From Eubacteriales bacterium (lineage in GTDB: Bacteria; Bacillota; Clostridia; Lachnospirales; Lachnospiraceae), in NCBI GenBank assembly GCA_030524175.1, contig JAUNHC010000010.1:68411-132410 (forward strand): 64,000 nt of DNA, written 5' to 3'. Each line of letters opens with the position of its first letter. Position 1 is the stretch's first letter. Of this stretch, positions 9,733 to 18,972 are shown one piece after another. The notes under the pieces were generated by a model that searched no databases, had not been told where the DNA came from, and was given only the letters and a program-made list of their open reading frames with translations. The position numbers were made by a program, and so were the translations under genes.

Positions 9733-10500
9733 ATGGACACTTTACTCAGAATCAAGGAACTGGAAAAATATTACGGTACGAAAACTCTTGTCACAAAAGC
9801 ACTGGATCAGATCAGCTTTTCTGTGTCAGAAGGAGAATTCCTGGGCATTATGGGCGCCTCCGGAAGCGGCAAGACAACTCTTCTTAACTGTATCTCAACC
9901 ATTGACACTGTATCCGCAGGACATATCTATCTTAAGGATACGGACATCACAGAATTAAAGGATGAGGACCTGGCTCAGTTCCGTCAGAAAAACCTGGGCT
10001 TTGTGTTCCAGGATTTCAATCTCCTGGACACATTGACTATTGAGGAAAATATTGCCCTGGCTCCCGTAATCCAGGGAGAATCTCCGGCAAAAATCTCCCA
10101 GGAGGTTGAAACAGTGGCACAACGGCTGGGAATCGGAGATATCCTTCCCAAATTTCCGTATGAAGTATCAGGGGGCCAACGTCAGCGCTGTGCCTGTGCC
10201 CGCGCATTGATCGCCCGTCCAAGCCTCATACTGGCCGATGAACCTACAGGCGCCCTTGACTCCAAATCTGCGGGAATGCTTCTGGAATGCTTTACCCAGA
10301 TGAACAAGGAAATGCAGGCCACTATCCTTATGGTCACCCACGATATTTTTTCTGCCAGCTACTGCAGCCGGATACTCTTTCTCAGAGACGGTAAAATATT
10401 CAACGAACTGCTGAAAGGAAACAAACCAAGAAGGGTTTTCTTTAATGAAATCATGGATGTGGTTACTCTGTTGGGAGGTGACGTGTCCGATGCTCAGTAA
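9733..10500 (+). CDS. BceA-like ABC ATPase
   Basis: GASGSGKTT, LGFVFQDFNLLD, VSGGQRQR, DEPTGALDS. Confidence 0.92.
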   Translation: MDTLLRIKELEKYYGTKTLVTKALDQISFSVSEGEFLGIMGASGSGKTTLLNCISTIDTVSAGHIYLKDTDITELKDEDLAQFRQKNLGFVFQDFNLLDTLTIEENIALAPVIQGESPAKISQEVETVAQRLGIGDILPKFPYEVSGGQRQRCACARALIARPSLILADEPTGALDSKSAGMLLECFTQMNKEMQATILMVTHDIFSASYCSRILFLRDGKIFNELLKGNKPRRVFFNEIMDVVTLLGGDVSDAQ

Positions 10501-12421
10501 ATTAGCCCTGCGCAATGCCAAGCGATCTATGAGGGATTACAGCATTTATCTTCTCACTGTCACCATTGCTTTTTCTCTCATATACGCGTTCAATATGATC
10601 GTATTTTCAAATGATATCCAAAGCCTTAACCGGATCATGGGAAGCCTGCCTTTTGCTATCGTGTTTATCTCCATCATTGTAATTGCCGTTATCGAATGGC
10701 TGGTCCACTACATGAACCGCTTCATGCTGGAAAAAAGAAGTAAGGAACTGGGAACTTACATGCTTTTAGGTATCAGTAACCGGAAAATATCAAAAATGGT
10801 AATGGTTGAAAACATGATCATGGGCGCCGCCGCTCTCATAGCCGGTCTCATTGCAGGTACTTTTCTCTATGAGATACTGACTATGGTCGTAATGAACGTC
10901 TTTGATGTCAGATATACCGTAAAGGTAGGATTTTCCCTTCCGGCTGTCTTGCTTACGGTATTTTATGCCATACTGATTTATGCTTTCTCAATGATACGCA
11001 TGAGAAAACGGCTGAAGAAGGTTAAGATATGTGATTTAATCTATGCAGAAAAACAGAATGAAACTGCCGTTATTTCCAACAAGAAAGATCATTGGACACT
11101 TTGTGTTGTATCCACTGCACTCATTGTTTCAGGCTGCGCGCTTCTTTACATCACCTTTCATAACCGTGATTTTTTCAGCCCCGTGTTCCTGCTGGTTGCT
11201 TTTGTTCTGATAATCGGCGGACTCTATGGAGTATATATCACATTGGCAGCCTTTCTTGTAAAAGTCTTCCTTGGGAAAAATGAACGGAAATATTCAAAGG
11301 ACAATTTGTTTATTTACCGGAATCTTTCTGCCAAGCTTAAAACCATGAGCATTACCATCGGAACCCTGGCAATGTTGCTTACTCTTACCCTTACCTGCCT
11401 CCAGAGTGCCATGCTCTTTAACCAGTTTTTTGAGCTGTCAGCACTGAACCGCACCAGTTTTGACGTTCAGATTTCCACTAAGGACACTTCCTTATTTGCA
11501 GATGCTGAAAAATATTTCCGGGACACCCGGGGTATTGCAGAAAGTAAGCAGCTTCCCATTTACAGCTGCGGACAGGATACTCTCATTCACACCCTTGGGG
11601 TGGACACTTATGCAGAAACCGATTATGCCATCTCCTATAGCGACTATTCCTCTATCCGTAAGATAATGGGGTATGATCCCGTCAATCTTGATGAAACTCA
11701 TTACATCCTGCACTCCTATGCAGAGTATAAGAGGGTTGCAGACGCAAAAGGAAACATGCCATATACAATAAACGGCGTCACTCTCACCCTGCAGAACACG
11801 GATGACTCTCCGCTCTCATTAAGCGGAAATATCGGAGTTGGCTACATCATCGTCCTGCCGGATGAAATAGCAGCCGGCCTTGAGGTTGACTATACTACCC
11901 TGGTCATTGATACAAAGGAAGAAACCACAGTGGAAGACCAGAAGTACCTTGATGTTCTGTACGAAGAAAACCCGGAGATTGACAGCCTTACAACCGTTGA
12001 GTGGGATACCAAGGGCAGTGCTATTTCCGACAGCAAGGCATCTATCATATTGTTAGGTTTTTGTCTTTACTATACAGGACTCATATTCATCTGTACTGCT
12101 GCCACCATCCTCACCGTCCAGCAGTTAAGCGAAGCATCCAAGCACCGCTTCCGTTACAAAATCCTGTCCAAACTGGGTGTGGAAGACAAAAAAATCAGCA
12201 GGCTTGTGTTCAGACAGCTTTTGCTCTATTTCGGCGTGCCTCTCCTGCTGCCTGTACCGCTGTCCATATTCATCTCTTCATGTATACGGAATTTAATTAT
12301 GTCACTCATCACACCTGCTGTCTTCTGGAGCTCCATCGCCGTTGGGTTGGGGATATTTTTACTGATTTATATACTGTACTTTGCAGCAACATTTGTGGGT
12401 TACAAAAGAAGCGTTTTGTAA
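10490..12421 (+). CDS. BceB-like peptide-resistance ABC permease
   Basis: MLSKLALRNAKRS start after GGAGG, overlapping the ATPase stop; KRSKELGTYMLLG motif; ~10 TM with a large extracellular domain. Confidence 0.88.
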   Translation: MLSKLALRNAKRSMRDYSIYLLTVTIAFSLIYAFNMIVFSNDIQSLNRIMGSLPFAIVFISIIVIAVIEWLVHYMNRFMLEKRSKELGTYMLLGISNRKISKMVMVENMIMGAAALIAGLIAGTFLYEILTMVVMNVFDVRYTVKVGFSLPAVLLTVFYAILIYAFSMIRMRKRLKKVKICDLIYAEKQNETAVISNKKDHWTLCVVSTALIVSGCALLYITFHNRDFFSPVFLLVAFVLIIGGLYGVYITLAAFLVKVFLGKNERKYSKDNLFIYRNLSAKLKTMSITIGTLAMLLTLTLTCLQSAMLFNQFFELSALNRTSFDVQISTKDTSLFADAEKYFRDTRGIAESKQLPIYSCGQDTLIHTLGVDTYAETDYAISYSDYSSIRKIMGYDPVNLDETHYILHSYAEYKRVADAKGNMPYTINGVTLTLQNTDDSPLSLSGNIGVGYIIVLPDEIAAGLEVDYTTLVIDTKEETTVEDQKYLDVLYEENPEIDSLTTVEWDTKGSAISDSKASIILLGFCLYYTGLIFICTAATILTVQQLSEASKHRFRYKILSKLGVEDKKISRLVFRQLLLYFGVPLLLPVPLSIFISSCIRNLIMSLITPAVFWSSIAVGLGIFLLIYILYFAATFVGYKRSVL

Positions 12422-12652
12422 ATCTTCAGCCTCTGACCGCTCTTATTACTACGAAGGATGTTTTACAATGCAGGTGCATGGGTTTAAATATCAATATTTT
12501 CCTGTTATAATAGAGATAGACTAAAAAGATATGTGCGCTGTCCCAGGGTATGACCAGTCATAACAGACTATTGCTCTGCGATAACGTACACACACAAACG
12601 GCACCTGTATTTCCATCCTGAAGGTTTATACGGAGGTGAGAGATTTAACAAT

Positions 12653-13699
12653 ATGAAAACATGGAAAGTAACCCTAGGAAATGATTTTAATCTGAATAAA
12701 CAATCTGAACAGCCAAAGAAAGTAATTGAAATCAACCGTGAATTTCTTTGGGAAGGTGACAGTTTTCGGATTTTGTCCTTATATGAGTTCAATCAAGGCC
12801 TGGTACTAGACTTTTGCAGGCAAGTGGACCGGATGAAATTACAAGCTTATTCAGAAAAGTGGAGAAAAAACACACAGAAACCAGAAAAACTCACTGATGT
12901 TGAATTAGAATTGATGTTGGCAGAAAATCCTGCCGGTGAACCCCCGGAAATAAAACTTACTGTCAATGGTATTTCCCTTGACAGTCTGGGCTGTACCAGT
13001 CTATGGTGGCAGCCTTACAATGAAGACAAAGATCCTGATGCCGCTGATTTTCTGGAGCATTATAGGTTAGACCCGGATTTGGGCTGGATGATGATCCGCA
13101 GCTCTTTCACATGGAAAACAAAAGATAAACCAGAACTTAAACACCTGAAAATGCATTTTAAAGACCAGCCCGTGTCTGTTGCCGGACCACATTTTACTCT
13201 GAATGAAAATGGACAGCAGATAATAGTTTTTACCCATCCGCAGACTGGAACGAAACACAAATTGGAGGTTAAATACCGCACTTTAGAACAGATACCCAAA
13301 AATATAATGCCGTCGAAGGAAATGAAACCCGGGAAGGAGAATATGTCTGCCCCTATAATAGAAAATTGTATTTTCCCCACCAATTATGAAGCTATCCATT
13401 ATACAATATCTCCTGATCTTGAGGACGGTACTTATTTCATCCGAAGTGTTGACTCAAAAGGTGATCAGCCAATTTCAACACTTTCTCACTCTGAACCGGC
13501 CGGCGCACACACGATTACAGTCATAGGCGGTTCCAGCGGCCCAACCTCCGTATTCACAGGAGGAAGATTACTGAGGGAACAGCCGACTCTCCATACTGCC
13601 TATTCGCCCGTATACTTCGAAACTGTAGAAGTAAAAGACTGGTGCATCACCTTCCGGGTTAGAAGAAAAAAAGATTACACACTGACATTTGAGATATAA
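12653..13699 (+). CDS. Hypothetical protein (soluble, 348 aa)
   Basis: Long ORF with GGAGGTG RBS; no recognised catalytic motif. Confidence 0.7.
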   Translation: MKTWKVTLGNDFNLNKQSEQPKKVIEINREFLWEGDSFRILSLYEFNQGLVLDFCRQVDRMKLQAYSEKWRKNTQKPEKLTDVELELMLAENPAGEPPEIKLTVNGISLDSLGCTSLWWQPYNEDKDPDAADFLEHYRLDPDLGWMMIRSSFTWKTKDKPELKHLKMHFKDQPVSVAGPHFTLNENGQQIIVFTHPQTGTKHKLEVKYRTLEQIPKNIMPSKEMKPGKENMSAPIIENCIFPTNYEAIHYTISPDLEDGTYFIRSVDSKGDQPISTLSHSEPAGAHTITVIGGSSGPTSVFTGGRLLREQPTLHTAYSPVYFETVEVKDWCITFRVRRKKDYTLTFEI

Positions 13700-13730
13700 A
13701 ATATATTTTATGTATCAGCCAAATTTCCTC

Positions 13731-13761
13731 TTGACCCTCACACTATGTGAGGGTCTACTCT
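13731..13761 (+). promoter_or_regulatory. MerR-type promoter (19-bp spacer with dyad)
   Basis: TTGACC-19 bp-TACTCT with perfect 10-bp inverted repeat GACCCTCACA-cta-TGTGAGGGTC. Confidence 0.75.
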
Positions 13762-13804
13762 GTATTTACAAAATATATACAAAATATCATATGGAGGAAA
13801 AATC

Positions 13805-14281
13805 ATGGCTACTTATGAAGTAAATCCAATTGGCACTATTATAAACAACGACAGCGGTACATTTATTAGACTGGATCCAAAGTTCATCCCCGCCCTGGAA
13901 GCCCTGAATGGCTTCAGCCACATCAATGTTTTATGGTGGTTCAGCAACTTAGATGACCAGCAATACCGTTCCATACTCAATACACCGCAGCCGTACAAAA
14001 AGGCCCCGGAAAGTATGGGTATCTTTGCCACCAGGTCACCTGTCCGCCCTAACCCTATTGCTTTGACAGCGGTGGAGGTCATTGACATTGACTATCACAA
14101 GGGAATCATCCGCATTGCATATATTGATGCCAATGACAATACCCCTGTCCTTGACATCAAGCCTTACACCCCAAGCCTTGACAGGGTGGAAGCCCCCGCC
14201 GTCCCTGACTGGTGCAGCCACTGGCCCAAAAACGTGGAAGCATCTGGAGATTTTCCTTGGGAGGACGAGTTTAATTTCTAA
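13805..14281 (+). CDS. trmO: TrmO/TsaA (UPF0066)-family SAM-binding methyltransferase, single domain
   Basis: VNPIGTI, GFSHINVLWWF, GIFATRSPVRPNPIALT, IDANDNTPVLDIKPY. Confidence 0.85.
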   Translation: MATYEVNPIGTIINNDSGTFIRLDPKFIPALEALNGFSHINVLWWFSNLDDQQYRSILNTPQPYKKAPESMGIFATRSPVRPNPIALTAVEVIDIDYHKGIIRIAYIDANDNTPVLDIKPYTPSLDRVEAPAVPDWCSHWPKNVEASGDFPWEDEFNF

Positions 14282-14294
14282 ATACACTTTGTTT

Positions 14295-17200
14295 CTATAA
14301 CACCCAGTATACCGGTGCAGTGAGCACTCCTGTTTCTTTCAGCTGGTATTCATAGCTCCACTTATTCCCTGTGGTCCTCCAAAGATTGGGACCGTACCAG
14401 GCTTCTGCGGCATTTGCATTGTGGACGGCGCCGAAAGCATTGATCCTGTTTCCAAATAACCGGATCTGTATCCTATGCGCGCCTTCCTCAATCCTGCCGC
14501 AGTTGATCCTGTAAGGTGCAAGGAAAAGATTTCCTTTCTTTTCGCCGTCTACATATATTTGGAGAAGTGCACCCCTGTAATGAGAAATTTCCAGTATCAA
14601 CTCTCCGGCCTCTGTGTGTATCTCTGATTCATATACAAGGTTTCCTGCATAAAATGCCAAATCCTGTGTCACAAAGTTACCGTAACAGAGTTTTTGGGGC
14701 ATTTTCACAAGTACAGACTCTCTGCCTGCTATGCGGACCCCAAACTCACCCAGAAGATACATCCATTCCACATTTGTCTTTCTTCCAAAGGGGATATATA
14801 CCTCCAGAAGATTTTGTCCCTGCAAAATCTCCGGGATTCTCACCTTTTTAATACATTCATCCACATACCAGCCCACTGTATCTCCGGGAATCTGAACATT
14901 ATTCCAGAAAATATCTGCTGCCTCAGGATGTTCCATGGCAAGATATGCTCCTTCCACCTTTATTTCAGACATAATGTGAAACCTAAGTTTTAACATATGC
15001 CTGTGTGTCTTTTCTTTTTTCTGTGTCCACGGCTGAGCCAATGCTTCCATTCTCAGAGGATATCCCAGCTGCTCCCGGAATAGATTATCAATGCGCAGAA
15101 TTTCTTCCCTCTCCTGCCATTGTCCCTGGTCAAAAGCATACTCCGCCTGATCCAGAAGCATGACATTTTCTTCTTCCAGTGTATATGCTCTTGGCTGCGG
15201 GAGCACCCGTCCTTCCCCAAGAGGAATAAACTTTGCTTCTCTCCCTTCTTTCCTGTCCATAGTTTCCTCTTCCAGTTTCAGAAGCAGGCTGCCATGGACA
15301 GACGTATCGTGCAGAATATAAGTACAGCCATTTCGATACTCTGTTCTCAACTCAAAAATTTCTCCTGTCACAGTATCATAACATGTACACTTACAATGGC
15401 CTTTCATCCGGATTTCCCAGCGTTCTGTATACGCAATATGCTCGTTATCCGGCTTTTTCACATGGCATAAGAACAACCAACGGCAGTCACCGTCCTTACG
15501 AAGCTGGTAAAAAAGATTATCTGACCTGCTGCCCTGTTCCCTGTGTGTCATCCTGGCGGCGTCCACGCCTTCCAAATGAGCTACCTTAACATCCACATCC
15601 CGGTAAGGCTCCAGTTCATCCAGAAGCCGCCCACGGTTAAAGGGGATGCTCACGCAATTTTCCGCCAATACTTTTACACGGGGACTTGGGACAGCATCAA
15701 CAAACTCTGCCGCCTCTCCCATAAAAATCACTTTACCGCCATTCTTTCGGAAGACTTCCAGTTTGTCCAAAGTGCTGCTTCTGAGAGTAATACAGTCCGG
15801 TATGACCACAGCGTCGTATTCCATAGCCCCCATTTTGAAGGTTGTTCCATCCTGTACGGAAACGTCCTCCTCCAACACAGCTTCCGAGATAAAGTCAAAA
15901 TCAAGGAGTCCAAAGAGAAGCCATTGGATCACCTGGTCAAAATCGTCTTCCAGGACCTGTCTTGTTAATGAGGTCTGAACCTTATTGCCCCAGCACATCC
16001 AATATGATTCTATGGGATGAATAACCCCAATGCGTACAACCGGTTCCCCTCTTGTCATTGCGGTGTTTAACCGCGCAAAGTGGTTTTCTACAGCAGGGTA
16101 CTCCTTATACCATGGTGACTGTCTGCCGATACTGGCGGGATAATCACGCTTAGCTTCTCCCTCCATGGATACCCATGTAAGATGGGGCACTCTCAGAGTG
16201 ACGCCTAAAGCAGCCTGCCAGTCCCCCGCCAGCTTATGATTCCGGAAATCAAAATCCCATCCCGTAACTCCGTAGATTTCACACATGACCCCCTCACGCC
16301 CGCACTGCCTGGCTATGCTTTGAGCCTGCTTCAAGGTAGAATATTCCCTCCTGTCACAAAGCATATCCACACCGGGTACGGCAAACTCTTTCATGGGACG
16401 CATTGCTTCCCCGATACCTAAGGTCTGAGAATAGAGAGTCCATTCATTAAGCATGTGTCCTGTCAGGCCGATTCCATGATCACTGCACCACTGCCCTGTC
16501 TGATCTCCAAATGCATTTGCAAACCGTTCTGTCACATGGCGATGGTAATGATACCGCACAGAATAATTTCTTTTGTCAGCCCTTTCCCAGAACAACTCCG
16601 GTAAATAATCCAGGAGAGAATAGCCGTATTCCTTCCGGAAGGTCTGGTCAAAGTCATCCGTATAAGGGGTGATGACCGGAGTTTTATCAAAAGGCGAAGC
16701 AAGCATTCCTTTAAGCGTAGTCTGAGGTTCATCTGTAAAGATCGTTTTAATTTCCATTCCGAATCTTTCTCCGAATTTCTCATAATACTTTTCATGTGTC
16801 ACATTGATAAACTCCCTCACGGCCCGGGGATCTAATGTGTTAACGTAAGCCTGATCATTAAACCAGGGTGTGTCTCCCGATATTTCCAGATATGCCTCCC
16901 ACAGAGTACCCGGGCCTTCTGTATCCCCTTCCCGCTGCCTCTTATAATCTTTCAGGAAGCCTTCCTCATCCAACACCACCCGGTAAAACCCAAGGGATGT
17001 CCTGTTTTTGCTGCGCACCGCTTTAGCGGCCGCCATGTATGTCTGCTCTTGTGTTTCTTCATATCCCGCCGGTGAGAACACCAGAAAGCGTGTCCTGTAT
17101 TTTGGTTCCCTGGTAACAATACCCCCGGCACTGCCTGACGGCCAGCGATCCTCATCATAAAGGTAGCAGAGCAGGCCTTGGGATGCTGCCTCATCCATAC

Positions 17201-17435
17201 AACCCCGGACACAGTCAAAAAATTCGTCTCCCAGATACTCTGTATCCAATCCCACACGGCAGTGGATATGCATTCCCCCCATCCCCATTTCCTGGAATTG
17301 GGATATCTGCCCTATGAGCTTTTCTTTATCTAATTTCTCATTCCAGGCCCAGAATGGTGTGCCTCTGTACTCACTTGTGGGATTTTGAAAAAGCTCCTTG
17401 CTCAATTCCGGTTCCCTTGATTTATGGTATAACAT
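14295..17435 (-). CDS. Large glycoside hydrolase, GH106 (alpha-L-rhamnosidase)-like
   Basis: PFWAWN, GMGGMHIH, YLYDEDRWPSGSAGG, FTDEPQ, PGVDML, LAGDWQAALGV; start re-placed at the ATG after GGAGG. Confidence 0.75.
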   Translation of the reverse strand: MLYHKSREPELSKELFQNPTSEYRGTPFWAWNEKLDKEKLIGQISQFQEMGMGGMHIHCRVGLDTEYLGDEFFDCVRGCMDEAASQGLLCYLYDEDRWPSGSAGGIVTREPKYRTRFLVFSPAGYEETQEQTYMAAAKAVRSKNRTSLGFYRVVLDEEGFLKDYKRQREGDTEGPGTLWEAYLEISGDTPWFNDQAYVNTLDPRAVREFINVTHEKYYEKFGERFGMEIKTIFTDEPQTTLKGMLASPFDKTPVITPYTDDFDQTFRKEYGYSLLDYLPELFWERADKRNYSVRYHYHRHVTERFANAFGDQTGQWCSDHGIGLTGHMLNEWTLYSQTLGIGEAMRPMKEFAVPGVDMLCDRREYSTLKQAQSIARQCGREGVMCEIYGVTGWDFDFRNHKLAGDWQAALGVTLRVPHLTWVSMEGEAKRDYPASIGRQSPWYKEYPAVENHFARLNTAMTRGEPVVRIGVIHPIESYWMCWGNKVQTSLTRQVLEDDFDQVIQWLLFGLLDFDFISEAVLEEDVSVQDGTTFKMGAMEYDAVVIPDCITLRSSTLDKLEVFRKNGGKVIFMGEAAEFVDAVPSPRVKVLAENCVSIPFNRGRLLDELEPYRDVDVKVAHLEGVDAARMTHREQGSRSDNLFYQLRKDGDCRWLFLCHVKKPDNEHIAYTERWEIRMKGHCKCTCYDTVTGEIFELRTEYRNGCTYILHDTSVHGSLLLKLEEETMDRKEGREAKFIPLGEGRVLPQPRAYTLEEENVMLLDQAEYAFDQGQWQEREEILRIDNLFREQLGYPLRMEALAQPWTQKKEKTHRHMLKLRFHIMSEIKVEGAYLAMEHPEAADIFWNNVQIPGDTVGWYVDECIKKVRIPEILQGQNLLEVYIPFGRKTNVEWMYLLGEFGVRIAGRESVLVKMPQKLCYGNFVTQDLAFYAGNLVYESEIHTEAGELILEISHYRGALLQIYVDGEKKGNLFLAPYRINCGRIEEGAHRIQIRLFGNRINAFGAVHNANAAEAWYGPNLWRTTGNKWSYEYQLKETGVLTAPVYWVL

Positions 17436-17436
17436 A

Positions 17437-18960
17437 TTATTTCCTCCGATTGCGGTATTCAATTGGTGTCAAGGTAGTCATCTGCTTAAACATACGGAAA
17501 AAGTATTTAGGATTGGGGTATCCGATTTCTTTGGATATCTGTTCTACACTCATAGTGGTATCATCCAAAAGCTCCTTGGCTTTTGCAATACGGATTTCAC
17601 TTAAATATGTATTCAGGCCCTTTTTCATCCGTTCCTTAAGCAAGCTGCTGCACTGTGCCGCTGATACATAAAACTGGCTTGCCAAGGTCTGCAGGGTGAC
17701 CTTTCTGTAATAATTTTCCTGTATATATTTCACCATCTGCTCATAAAGATAATCATCCCCGTAGCTTTTCCTCTGTATTGACAGCAAAATCAGGTTGATA
17801 TATCCGGAAATTTCTTTTTCCATTTTCTCCAGGCTCTCCAAATAGCGGTAGCGTATATAAAAAACCGCCATAATATCGTCCGTTTCCACATGATTCTGCA
17901 CCGCCCAGTCGTCCACTCTGGTCAGTAACTTTTTGCACGCATTTCCTATGTCCAGCAAGGTATCCCTCTGAATGCAGAATCTTTGGAAAAAGCTTCTCAG
18001 TATACTATTTTGATTTTTATTATTATATTTTAAGTCCACCATAATATTTTGAAGCTCATTATCCGTGACTATGTTCCGGGCTTTATGTATGTAATCTTCT
18101 TCATAAAAAACGCGGAACTTATCTGTGATAAAAATATCCCTCAGTATTTTTTCATTTTTCTGATAGCAATAATTTAATTGGGCTAAACCCTGGAATACTT
18201 TTCCCACAGAAACAAAGCATTTATGCTCCCAGGTTTTCCTCTTGATACCTTCCAGAAAGCCCGGTATCTGCTCATATGCTCTTGATATCTCCTCTTTATC
18301 ACCTGTACACAAAACAAAGAATTGCCCGTTGCCTCCCGGATTCTCAAGGCATACAGGGTATATTTGGGAAAAATAACGGTTGGCGCACTCTCTCAGGATA
18401 TTCAAAGCTTCCGGCTTATTGGTATATATGCTGATCAAAATATGCCATCTGTCCCATAGGAATTTTTCATTTTCTTCCTTCTCCGGATTCCATGGCTTCA
18501 CGATCAGCCTCAGGAACTCATTTCCCTCTGTCTGACGTTCAAGGCTTGTCATCTTCTCTTTCATCCTGGCAATGTTTTTCTGTTGTTCCAGTTTCGTCAC
18601 TGCTTTAAGAAGCTGTTTCTCCAGTTCCTCCGGTGAAAAAGGCTTCAGGACATACCCCACCACACCCTTCTCTATAGCCTGACTCATATAATTAAATGCT
18701 TTATATCCGCTGATCACGATAACCGGCAGTCCCGGATATGATTCGGAAAGTCTCTGCAGGAATTCAACTCCATCCATCTTAGCCATTTTCATATCTGTAA
18801 TGACTATATCCGGATTTTTTTCACCGATCACTGAAAGGCCGTCTGCTCCATTGGCTGCTTCCCCAATGCAGATAAATTCCTCTGCCCTGATTTCTTTGAT
18901 TTTGCTCACCAAGCCTAAGCGTATCAATCTCTCATCATCTATTATGACATATGTATACAT
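17437..18960 (-). CDS. YesN-like response regulator (receiver + AraC HTH)
   Basis: IIDDE, ITDMKM receiver; C-terminal IGYPNPKYFFRMFKQMT AraC motif. Confidence 0.9.
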   Translation of the reverse strand: MYTYVIIDDERLIRLGLVSKIKEIRAEEFICIGEAANGADGLSVIGEKNPDIVITDMKMAKMDGVEFLQRLSESYPGLPVIVISGYKAFNYMSQAIEKGVVGYVLKPFSPEELEKQLLKAVTKLEQQKNIARMKEKMTSLERQTEGNEFLRLIVKPWNPEKEENEKFLWDRWHILISIYTNKPEALNILRECANRYFSQIYPVCLENPGGNGQFFVLCTGDKEEISRAYEQIPGFLEGIKRKTWEHKCFVSVGKVFQGLAQLNYCYQKNEKILRDIFITDKFRVFYEEDYIHKARNIVTDNELQNIMVDLKYNNKNQNSILRSFFQRFCIQRDTLLDIGNACKKLLTRVDDWAVQNHVETDDIMAVFYIRYRYLESLEKMEKEISGYINLILLSIQRKSYGDDYLYEQMVKYIQENYYRKVTLQTLASQFYVSAAQCSSLLKERMKKGLNTYLSEIRIAKAKELLDDTTMSVEQISKEIGYPNPKYFFRMFKQMTTLTPIEYRNRRK

Positions 18961-18972
18961 ATATTCTTCCTC

